Origin: a candidate division WOR-3 bacterium
GTDB taxonomy: Bacteria; Hydrothermota; Hydrothermia; B15-G9; WFZT01
DNA length: 19,523 bases
Direction: 5' to 3'
Assembly (NCBI GenBank): GCA_027053075.1
Contig: JALUEE010000011.1
Location: 1-19,523 of the forward strand
Below, in pieces: positions 7,770 to 16,260 of the stretch. A program made the translations under genes and the position numbers. The stretch's first letter is position 1; each line of letters begins with the position of its first letter. The notes beneath the pieces were generated by a model that did no database searches, had not been told where the DNA came from, and saw nothing but the letters and a program-made list of their open reading frames with translations.

Positions 7770-7935
7770 ATTCCCTCCCTTCCTTCGGAAGGGAGGGTTA
7801 GGGTGGAATGGAAAAATTGGTGAACAGTATGTTCAAGCATGTTCAGGTTAACCTTTTTCTTGAATATTCTAAAGAGCGTTAGAGTAACCCCATCCTCCCC
7901 TGACCCCTCCTTCCCCCGAGGGGAAGGAGGGAAAA
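7770..7935. repeat. Inverted pair of REP-like hairpins
   Basis: CCCTCCCTTCC-TTC-GGAAGGGAGGG followed by TTAGGGTGG (about 7773-7806), and an oppositely oriented CCCCTGACCCCTCCTTCCCC-CGA-GGGGAAGGAGGG (about 7888-7931). Confidence 0.7.
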
Positions 7936-8092
7936 ATTTACTGAATGATCTGCGATTATCATTGGGGTTGTGATGACCGAATGAACAAGATGGTAATTAA
8001 AGTTTAGGATTTTTCTAACAGGTTCAGGTTACTTATAATTTTCTTCTCCCTTAAGTAATGAAAAAGACTGTTGAAGAAATGTAATAAGCTGG

Positions 8093-9151
8093 TTACTTCT
8101 TCCTGTGTCCTTTCTCAGGTTCGGTTACTCCCCATTCACTCACCATTAGTGGTTTTGATGGGGCAAGGGATATCAGTTCTAAATAGACTTTCCCAAAAAC
8201 TTCGCTAAAGCTAACCCAACTGTCCTCAGGTGTCTGGGCACCATATACACTTACCCCAATCCAGTCAACAAATTTGTCCCCGGGGTAATATTTATAGATA
8301 AAATTCCAGGGCTTCTCTGGAGAAGACTCTGCATTGGGTTGAAAGTACCATATAACATTATCTGCACCTGCCTTCCTGAAAAGCTTTACAACATGCCTGA
8401 ATGCGTCCCTGTATCTTTCAGGTCCGTCAGGGAAATCCGGCTTTCCATATTTATTCGTGGTGCCACCTCCGTTAAAAATGCCGCTCCATGGGAACCAATC
8501 ACCGTTCATCTCCTCGCCAAATGTGATAAAAACAGGTGTATTCAAACTTTTCAAATATTTCGCAATCCTCAAAAGAAAACTATCGAAATCGCCACTGATA
8601 ATTTTATCAAGAGAATAGAAAGTCTGAGGAAAATTTTCTTTATAGGGCTTTCCCCAGGGCATCAGTCTTATCATTGGAATAGCTCCAAATCTAAGTATGG
8701 CTTCAATGGATTTCCTGGGAATTCTTTTTCTACCCCAGAAGATGGAAATCGGGACGAATGCAGGGTCTTTACCTGTTAGTGATCCAAACCATTTTAACTT
8801 CTCAACGCTCACTGAATCCTCAAATGTACCTTCCTCAACATATGCGCCAATAAAGCAGCCATAGGCGGGAATAGTTATAAAGTGTTTAAATTCTCTAAGT
8901 CTATCCTTACCCAGAAAATACTCACTTGATATGCCATATCTAAATGCATCAAGTGCTTCCAATGAAGAATTTACCCTGAGATCTGATTCAGCGCCATCAT
9001 CATTCTCCCATCTTTCACTCCAGACTACCGCGACTTTCACCCTTGTAAATTTGTGGTGTAATGCGTCTAATGCATCGAGATACCAGACAGCTTTTTGATC
9101 ATTAAAATTCACCTGCCATAGCTGAAAAGCTATAAGGACAAAAAGTAGCAT
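8093..9151 (-). CDS. Glycoside hydrolase family 26 (beta-mannanase-like), apparently circularly permuted
   Basis: GA.PMI, I..G.FD, PVFI.FG.EMNGDWFPW (acid/base), YRDAFRHVV, YYPGD.FVDWIGVSVYG, KPLMVSEWG (nucleophile). Short hydrophobic N-terminus. Confidence 0.85.
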   Translation of the reverse strand: MLLFVLIAFQLWQVNFNDQKAVWYLDALDALHHKFTRVKVAVVWSERWENDDGAESDLRVNSSLEALDAFRYGISSEYFLGKDRLREFKHFITIPAYGCFIGAYVEEGTFEDSVSVEKLKWFGSLTGKDPAFVPISIFWGRKRIPRKSIEAILRFGAIPMIRLMPWGKPYKENFPQTFYSLDKIISGDFDSFLLRIAKYLKSLNTPVFITFGEEMNGDWFPWSGIFNGGGTTNKYGKPDFPDGPERYRDAFRHVVKLFRKAGADNVIWYFQPNAESSPEKPWNFIYKYYPGDKFVDWIGVSVYGAQTPEDSWVSFSEVFGKVYLELISLAPSKPLMVSEWGVTEPEKGHRKK

Positions 9152-9259
9152 AACCTATATGATAACAGGAATTGTCTTTATATGCACTATTTTTAGGTAC
9201 TCCGGATGTCGACATCAAAAGGTCAATTTTTATGGGCTTGTCCGAAAATTTCCAAATGC

Positions 9260-9395
9260 AAAATCCCCTCTTCCCGCGTAAATACTTGCGGGGAGAGGAG
9301 TAAAGAGAGGGGCTACATATTAAATTTTAATTTTTAAGCGGAATGCCCCCTCCCAAAACTCTCCCCCACTTGCTTCGCAAGCAGGGGAGGGGAAC
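9260..9395. repeat. Composite REP-like hairpin element, partial copy C
   Basis: Two hairpins joined by ...CTACATATTAAATTTTAATTTTTAAGCGGAATGCCCCCTCCC, matching 17930-18050 (TTTACATCTTGAATTTTTAAGATTTTAAGCGGAAAGCCCCCTCCC). Confidence 0.75.
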
Positions 9396-9459
9396 TTAGA
9401 GCCAGTTGTTTTGCAAATGTGGATATAGAGAATGGATTTTAGAACAGGCACAATTTTCA

Positions 9460-9488
9460 TTGGAATTTCCTCTATAAACGCTTATAAT
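9460..9488 (+). promoter_or_regulatory. Probable promoter of the protease-ABC operon
   Basis: TTGGAA (9460-9465), 17-bp spacer, TATAAT (9483-9488), with a GGAGG SD before ATG 9518. Confidence 0.55.
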
Positions 9489-9517
9489 TAACGAAATTTC
9501 CAGGGAGGAATCCACTG

Positions 9518-12500
9518 ATGAAAAAATTTCTAATCATTATTTTTGCAGGTGTACTTAACGCTGGACTCGTTGAGTTCGGCCCACAGAATATTATCTCGAA
9601 CCAGGAGGTTCTACAAAATCGAAAGCTTATCCAGAGGAATGCAAGAGTTAGAAACGAGATGAGAAGATTCTGGAACATGTACAGTTTGTACAATTATCCG
9701 GGTCTTATGAATCTGCAGAATCTAAAAAGTGGTAAAGATACAGGTACAGTTACCATCGGAGTCCTTGCCCTCAGAGTTGAGTTTCAAAAAGAAACGCCCG
9801 ATGATCCACTAACAACTGGAGATGGTACATTTAACCTTGAAGGAAACGGCAAGCCACGCGTTCTCGAGATTTGTAACGGAGATACAATTTACAATCCTTA
9901 CTACGATCCGCCTCATGATTGGGTGTATTTTAATCGTCAGATGGAAGCGATGGCCGACTACTACTATGTGGCAACGTTTGGAAAAGTCCGGATAGAATGG
10001 GTAGTCAAGCCTGACAGCGGTCTTCCACCTATTAAGCTTGCCCATCCGATGAGATACTACGGAGACACGATAAACATGGCCACTGGGCTTGTGGCATTTG
10101 TGAGAGACGCCTTCATTGCAGCTGATATCCAGGATTCTTCAATACATTTTAATGACCTCGATAACGACGGGATAAAGGATGCCAATGAGGGAGTATGGGA
10201 TAGATACATAATTTTTCACGCAGGAAGCGCATGGCAGACCGATGTACTATGGGACACTCCCTTCGACCTTGCAGCTGTAACGATCCCTGCAGGTGCTCTT
10301 GAATACTATCTTGGTACGCCTTTTATCGTCCTAAATGAAGGACAGGACACGGTTTATGATGCCTGTATGTTGCCAGAGACCATGTCCCAGGATGGCTCTG
10401 AAATAAAACTTCAGGGTACATTAATCCATGAGTCGGGACACAATCTCTTTTTCCTGCCAGACCTCTACGACACCTATATGCAGGGCTCTGGAATAGGCTC
10501 ATTTGGAATAATGACAACAGCTCCTTACCTCGGTGTAGGAGATCAAATTCCTGAGGGTTTAATTGTGCCTTTGCCAAACGCATGGGAAAGAATATGGATG
10601 GATTGGTTTATGAATTATGTTTTTGGCAGAGGTTTCCTCAATTCGAGTATCGTTCAAACTGTAAATGCAGGGCCTTATAGCCAAAACCACGAGATCAAAA
10701 CAAAAAATATCCTCGTAGATTCCATTGGGCTCGGAAGAAATGGTAACCTTTTTTATCCTACAGGTTTGACCTTCGAAGAGAATCCCTATTCATCAGTGAG
10801 GTATTTCAAAATTCCTATCAATGACCATGAATACTTTCTGGTCGAGGATGAAATATCAGACCTACCAGGCGACGATACGACCTTTGTCTGTAATGGAGAT
10901 ACATGGGATGTACACATCAGGGGAAAATACAAGGATGGTGTTGTGGTCCATTTTTACGGTGAAAATGACTTTTTAATTGGAGGAGCGCCGGGGGAGAGTA
11001 AGGGACTCTTAATCTGGCATATTGATGATGATATAATCTGGAGATACTGGGGGCTTAATGAGGTCAACGCCCATCGTCCGATGGGCGTTGACCTCTTGGA
11101 AGCAGACCATGTGCAGGACTTTGAAAGATGGACTGAAAACGGCTATTACGCGTACACATGGTTTGGCTCACCCTATGACCTTTACTTTGATGGTAACAAT
11201 ACAGAAGTTTCAGACACTTCCCACCCCTCATCAAGAGACAACGCTGGTGCTTCTACAAAAATTAAAATCTTCGATATAAGCACCGCTGACACCGTTATGA
11301 CGTTTAAGCTTAAAAGAGAACTATCGGGTATTAGTGCGAGAATTGGCTACAGTGGAGGCGAAAACTTTGCTAATATACCGTTTGAAAGTTTTCTGAACTA
11401 CGTTGGAGATTCTCTCGTGGTTACTCAAAACATCTATAGCTACACAATAGATCCTTTTACCTTTGATAGTACACTGATAGATTCTTTCAGCGTGATAAGT
11501 ATCGTTAACGACAGCGGTTCGGTTGTCCAAGCTGACACTCTACGGTGGGTAGGGAAGTTTGCATTTGAACCTGCTGTGGGAGATTTAAATAGCGATAGCA
11601 TTCCAGAGATTGTGGCTGCAACAGATGCTGGATGGGTTTATTTCTTCTCTCTCAACGGTGGTTTGACTCTGATGAGACCACCTGTAAAACTTCCATCCTT
11701 CATCACAGGTCCACCTGCGATCCTTAAAATCGGGGGGAAGGATTATGTGTTCATAGGTTGCGATGACCAGCACCTATACAAAATTTCGGCCGACAGTGGA
11801 GTTGTAGGCTCAATTTATACAGCCAGTGCCCAGTATGCCACTCCCGTCATTCTTGACGATGACTCCACAGTTATAATACAATCGGCTGATGGCAGACTAC
11901 TTTTTACAGATACATCATTTTCCGAGATTGATACTGCTATTTTCAGCCCCCAGGTTGTTCCAACCAGAGTCCTCCCAGCATACGTCGATATTGACAGAGA
12001 TAGTGTGAGGGAAATTGTTACAGTCACCTCTTCCGGTATGGCATACGTTGTTAACCCTTATGAAAAGAGGGTAGAGGAGCAGGCGCCATTCGATGATTCC
12101 CTTGTAACTTCAACTGCCGTTGGTGACATAAATGCGGATGGTTATCCGGACATAGTTTTTGGAACATACAACTACGTATATGCCTTTAATCATCTTGGTG
12201 CTTTGATCGATGGCTATCCTGTAAAAATTTCAGGTACTAAAAGTCAGCCAGTAATCGGTGATGCCAATGGTGACGGCGTTCCAGATGTAATTGTTGGGGT
12301 ATCGGGAAAAGGTGTTTTCGCCTTTGATGGCCACGGTCACCTGATACCAGGCTTTCCAATACAAATTGTTGATAGCCTATCGATGTCCATGCTACTCAAA
12401 CCTTCAGGCAGTAGATTTGCACTGTTTTATATTTCAAACGGTGGATTTTTAAACGGCTGGGAGATTGGAGACACCACCGGTCAATGGACCCAGTATGGGA

Positions 12501-12841
12501 ATAGCCCATCCCATGATGGACACTTCAGGAGTGTGGTTCATCCTGCAGGTGGTGGCGCTGGAGAATTTAAAGTTGAGAGAATTTACTTCTATCCTAACCC
12601 CACTTACGACGGTTTGACGCGACTGAGGTTAAAAGTTTCCCAAAATACCGACGTAACCCTGGATGTCTTCAATTTCTCAGGTCATATCCTTAAAAGCTTC
12701 ACTTTTAAGGATATCAATCCTTCAGGTTTCGAAGAGAGAACACTTGACCTGAGGGACCTTCCACCCGGTGTCTACTATGTGAGGGTTAAATTTTCAAAAA
12801 CAGGTAAAACCCGACTCGTCAAGCTGGCCATTGTAAGATGA
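9518..12841 (+). CDS. Secreted M6-family (immune inhibitor A-like) metalloprotease with FG-GAP/VCBS repeats and a T9SS-type C-terminal sorting domain
   Basis: Signal peptide; IIFHAG; zinc motif HESGH...LPDLYD; EYFLVE; GLLIWHID; GVDL.EAD; repeats AVGDLNSDSIPEIV, AVGDINADGYPDIV, IGDANGDGVPDVIV; C-terminal FYPNP...DL.PGVYYVRV...K. Confidence 0.85.
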   Translation: MKKFLIIIFAGVLNAGLVEFGPQNIISNQEVLQNRKLIQRNARVRNEMRRFWNMYSLYNYPGLMNLQNLKSGKDTGTVTIGVLALRVEFQKETPDDPLTTGDGTFNLEGNGKPRVLEICNGDTIYNPYYDPPHDWVYFNRQMEAMADYYYVATFGKVRIEWVVKPDSGLPPIKLAHPMRYYGDTINMATGLVAFVRDAFIAADIQDSSIHFNDLDNDGIKDANEGVWDRYIIFHAGSAWQTDVLWDTPFDLAAVTIPAGALEYYLGTPFIVLNEGQDTVYDACMLPETMSQDGSEIKLQGTLIHESGHNLFFLPDLYDTYMQGSGIGSFGIMTTAPYLGVGDQIPEGLIVPLPNAWERIWMDWFMNYVFGRGFLNSSIVQTVNAGPYSQNHEIKTKNILVDSIGLGRNGNLFYPTGLTFEENPYSSVRYFKIPINDHEYFLVEDEISDLPGDDTTFVCNGDTWDVHIRGKYKDGVVVHFYGENDFLIGGAPGESKGLLIWHIDDDIIWRYWGLNEVNAHRPMGVDLLEADHVQDFERWTENGYYAYTWFGSPYDLYFDGNNTEVSDTSHPSSRDNAGASTKIKIFDISTADTVMTFKLKRELSGISARIGYSGGENFANIPFESFLNYVGDSLVVTQNIYSYTIDPFTFDSTLIDSFSVISIVNDSGSVVQADTLRWVGKFAFEPAVGDLNSDSIPEIVAATDAGWVYFFSLNGGLTLMRPPVKLPSFITGPPAILKIGGKDYVFIGCDDQHLYKISADSGVVGSIYTASAQYATPVILDDDSTVIIQSADGRLLFTDTSFSEIDTAIFSPQVVPTRVLPAYVDIDRDSVREIVTVTSSGMAYVVNPYEKRVEEQAPFDDSLVTSTAVGDINADGYPDIVFGTYNYVYAFNHLGALIDGYPVKISGTKSQPVIGDANGDGVPDVIVGVSGKGVFAFDGHGHLIPGFPIQIVDSLSMSMLLKPSGSRFALFYISNGGFLNGWEIGDTTGQWTQYGNSPSHDGHFRSVVHPAGGGAGEFKVERIYFYPNPTYDGLTRLRLKVSQNTDVTLDVFNFSGHILKSFTFKDINPSGFEERTLDLRDLPPGVYYVRVKFSKTGKTRLVKLAIVR

Positions 12842-14652
12842 AATCCTTCATCAAGATGCTGGGATTTTTGAAATCCCAGTGGACAAAGTTTGTTGCCTCC
12901 CTCATCTTCATGATGGGGTTTTCGGTTTTAAATGGAATTTCGCTTGGTATGCTCGTTCCCATTCTTCACGTGCTGTTCAAGGCCAATTCTGGCGATTATT
13001 CCTCAATAAGTGGGTTGAATCCTACACTTAAGAAAATACTTGTTCGATACATCTTCCAGTATCCTCCCATACAGGCAGTGGAAAGGCTCGCTGTTTTCAT
13101 TGTGGTAATATATTTTCTCAAAGGCATTTTCATGTATCTTGGCCGAATCTTTACAGCAATGGTTAATGAAGGGATCGCGAAAGATTTGAGAAATAGACTA
13201 TTTTCTAAAATGATGGAGCTGCCACTTAGCTTTTTCCATTCCATGAGCTCAGGAGATATCTCAGCGAGGTTTATAAACGAGGTACAGCTTGTAAAAACTA
13301 CCTTCACCAACGGTTTTTACGTGATTTTGAAAGAGGGGTTCAACATGATTGCCTTCCTGATTGTGGCTATATGGGCAAGCTGGCAGCTTACATTGATAAC
13401 TTTGATTCTTGTACCTGTAGCAAGTGCGATTGTTGTCCTTCTTGGTAAAAAGATACGCAAGAGGGCAAATAAAGCCAACATCATGATGGGAAGGATTGGG
13501 AAACAGCTTTCAGAAGCACTTGGGGGTATAAAAGTTGTAAAGGGATTTGGCACAGAGGAAAGAGAAATAGATAAGTTTAAAAAGAGGTCCTGGGATTTTT
13601 ACAAAGCCTATGTCAGGTTTGAGTCTGTCAATGCCCTGGGCTCACCTCTCACAGAATTTGTAACATCCATCATTGCGGGATTAATACTTTTTGTGAGTGC
13701 CTATTTGATTTTTAAATACCGCACACTTTCACCTGAAAAATTCTTCGTGTTCCTTGCTGCATCACTTTCGCTTATGAGCCCGTTAAAAAGGGTCACTCAG
13801 GCAAATTTGATTCTCCAGCAGGGGATAGCCTCCATGTGGAGACTTTTTGAAATTCTTGAGGCCGAACCCGAACATGGCATAAAACACAGAGGAAGGCTGG
13901 TTTTCAAGAGACTCAAGCAGGGTATCGCTTACGAGGACGTTTATTTTACCTATGATGGTGAGACCTGGGCACTAAGAGGGGTTTCATTTGAAATAAAGAG
14001 AGGAGAAAAGGTTGCCATTGTCGGTCCCTCAGGTGCTGGAAAGAGCACAATTGCTGATCTGCTTTTGAGATTCTATGAGCCAACAAAGGGACGAATTATA
14101 GTGGATGGACACGATTTAAAGGAGTATGACCTCAAGAGTTATAGAAGGAAAATCTCGGTGGTTCCTCAGGAAACTTTTCTTTTTGATGGCACTATATTCG
14201 AAAATATAGCCTATGCAAAGCCAGAGGCAACCCGAGAAGAGGTGATAGAGGCTGCGAAAAGGGCTCGAGTGCATGAGTTTGTGATGAAATTGCCAGAAAA
14301 GTATGACACGTTGATAGGGGAGAGGGGAGTGAGAATTTCAGGTGGTGAGAGACAGAGAATTGCTATTGCACGCGCTATTCTCAGGAATCCAGAGATTCTG
14401 GTTCTTGACGAGGCTACATCCTCTCTCGACTCTTATTCTGAGGAAATGATCCGACATGCCCTTGAAGAACTACTGGTAGGGAGAACTTCCCTGATCATCG
14501 CCCATAGACTCTCTACCATACTAAATGCTGATAAAATAATCGTTTTGAACAAGGGGAAAATTCTTGATATCGGAAAGCACCGAGAGCTATACGAGAGATG
14601 TAAACTCTACCGCGACCTCGCCAACCTCCAGTTTATTTCACAGGAGGTTTAA
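12838..14652 (+). CDS. ABC exporter, fused permease/ATPase (MsbA-like)
   Basis: Multi-TM N-terminal half; Walker A GPSGAGKST; Q-loop VPQE; signature ISGGERQR; Walker B LVLDEATS; H-loop IAHRLST. ATGA overlap with the upstream gene. Confidence 0.92.
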   Translation: MKSFIKMLGFLKSQWTKFVASLIFMMGFSVLNGISLGMLVPILHVLFKANSGDYSSISGLNPTLKKILVRYIFQYPPIQAVERLAVFIVVIYFLKGIFMYLGRIFTAMVNEGIAKDLRNRLFSKMMELPLSFFHSMSSGDISARFINEVQLVKTTFTNGFYVILKEGFNMIAFLIVAIWASWQLTLITLILVPVASAIVVLLGKKIRKRANKANIMMGRIGKQLSEALGGIKVVKGFGTEEREIDKFKKRSWDFYKAYVRFESVNALGSPLTEFVTSIIAGLILFVSAYLIFKYRTLSPEKFFVFLAASLSLMSPLKRVTQANLILQQGIASMWRLFEILEAEPEHGIKHRGRLVFKRLKQGIAYEDVYFTYDGETWALRGVSFEIKRGEKVAIVGPSGAGKSTIADLLLRFYEPTKGRIIVDGHDLKEYDLKSYRRKISVVPQETFLFDGTIFENIAYAKPEATREEVIEAAKRARVHEFVMKLPEKYDTLIGERGVRISGGERQRIAIARAILRNPEILVLDEATSSLDSYSEEMIRHALEELLVGRTSLIIAHRLSTILNADKIIVLNKGKILDIGKHRELYERCKLYRDLANLQFISQEV

Positions 14653-14948
14653 TTTACCCACCAGAATTTTGCCCAAGAATTACTAACCCTTTTTCCTTAA
14701 TAGTGGGAACAAATTTCGCAAGCAAGAAAAATTGCTAAGCTCCGTTAGAAATGCAAAGGTGATAAAAACACCTCCCATCATTTAAAACACGTCTGTGAGG
14801 ATGTCACAGAGGGTATTTGGATTTGAAGTTAAAAAATGAGCAACCGCACAATCATCAGTCCATCAAAAATCTAATGTGAGCCATTTTAAATTAAGAGGGG
14901 TCTACTTGAGTCAATTTTCAGTCTCTCCCAATAAATTCATCAAATTTG

Positions 14949-15051
14949 CCGGAATTTTCCACACCGGCAATATTAAGGAAATACCGGCATTTTGCCGGTA
15001 AGGTTTGACATTGCCGGTAATATCCGGTAATATACCGGCATGTTGCCGGAA
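14949..15051 (+). promoter_or_regulatory. Promoter overlaid with eight CCGG-core boxes (putative operator array)
   Basis: CCGG at 14949, 14964, 14984, 14995, 15014, 15024, 15035 and 15046. TTGACA (15005-15010), 17-bp spacer, TAATAT (15028-15033), ATG at 15040. Confidence 0.7.
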
Positions 15052-16260
15052 AAATTTGACGAACTTTCTAAGGCTTTCCCAAATCGCTTGCGGCTCACAT
15101 GCAAGGAAATTCCCATGTTAACAGAAATACTTGTGGGACTTGCCAACTCTGGCGGTGGAATTGTAACTGTCGAGTGCGAGCATCCATACACCATTGACCG
15201 CCAGGGTATTGAGCCATCCATTGAGTTTATAATTGAGCAAAACTTTATAATTGTCCCGGATGCTCCTCAAAAACCTTACCTCTACAAAGGAAGGATACCA
15301 CTCATTAAAGCCGGCAAAATTGCATATCCTTCAAGGAATGAGCTCATAGAGCTAATTAAACCACAACAAATTGACTACACGGATCAAACAGTTGGCCGTA
15401 TTGAAGGTAATTTCTTCCATCCTGAAGAATTGAAAATTTTGAGAGATAGACTCGAGAAGATCTATGGAGCTGGCATTTCCAGTATTTTCGAAACTGCTGG
15501 TCTCCTGAAAAACGGAGAGGCAACCAGAGCTTTTTTACTTTTGTGCGGAAAAGACCCGGAGCTTTATATCCCCGGAGCCTCGATCCTGTTACAGGTACAG
15601 GGCAGGGAGCCCCAGAAAGTAACAGGTCCCCTAAGATTGGTACAGCAAAGCCTTTTTCATCTTATATCAGGTAAGATAACTGAAGTCATGGAAAATTATG
15701 AACTTATCAATTCCCAATTCCGTGATTGCCTGAAAGATTTAATTGGTGAGATAATCGTAAATGCTCTGATACACAGGGATTATTCTGTTCCCTTACCTAT
15801 CACAGTCTCTTACATGGACATGGAAGTCAGGGTGTGGAATCCCGGGGTGCCTGCCGGCGAGAGAGAAGTTCCAACGCCATCTTCCATCTACATACGAAAT
15901 CCAAAACTATATAAGTTTGCCGGAATAATAGGACTTGCGAAAACATCTGGAAGCGGCCTTCTGAGACTTAGCAAGCGTGCTTTACTCTGTAACAACGTTC
16001 AGCTCACTTACGAAAAAGTCAATGGAGGCACCCTCGCGACTTTAAGCTTTAAATCCACCGTTCAATCGAGAAGGCTAAACGAGAGGGAGAAAAAATTGCT
16101 TGAATATATCAAAAATACGGGGTACATCACGAGAAAGGATTACGAGAAATTGATGGGGGTTTCTGAGAGAACCGCAAGACTTGACCTGAGCAATCTTGTA
16201 AAAAGAGGGATTTTAAAGAAAATAGGTAAGGGCAAAAACACTATCTACGAGCCCGTCTAA
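15040..16260 (+). CDS. Putative transcriptional regulator: degenerate AlbA_2/Schlafen-like domain + HATPase_c_4 (RecG-C-like) + C-terminal DeoR-type wHTH
   Basis: GLANSGGG; EIIVNALIHRDY...NPG...RNPKL...GSGL; C-terminal LNEREKKLLEYIK..GYITRKDYEKLMGVSERTARLDLSNLVKRGIL..IGKGKNT.Y. Confidence 0.82.
   Translation: MLPEKFDELSKAFPNRLRLTCKEIPMLTEILVGLANSGGGIVTVECEHPYTIDRQGIEPSIEFIIEQNFIIVPDAPQKPYLYKGRIPLIKAGKIAYPSRNELIELIKPQQIDYTDQTVGRIEGNFFHPEELKILRDRLEKIYGAGISSIFETAGLLKNGEATRAFLLLCGKDPELYIPGASILLQVQGREPQKVTGPLRLVQQSLFHLISGKITEVMENYELINSQFRDCLKDLIGEIIVNALIHRDYSVPLPITVSYMDMEVRVWNPGVPAGEREVPTPSSIYIRNPKLYKFAGIIGLAKTSGSGLLRLSKRALLCNNVQLTYEKVNGGTLATLSFKSTVQSRRLNEREKKLLEYIKNTGYITRKDYEKLMGVSERTARLDLSNLVKRGILKKIGKGKNTIYEPV

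Noticed and set aside
14949..15051. CCGG repeat cluster as a CRISPR array or iteron origin
   Set aside because: The repeats are only 6-8 bp with no unique 30-40-bp spacers, and there is no cas or rep gene. The overlap with a promoter fits an operator better.
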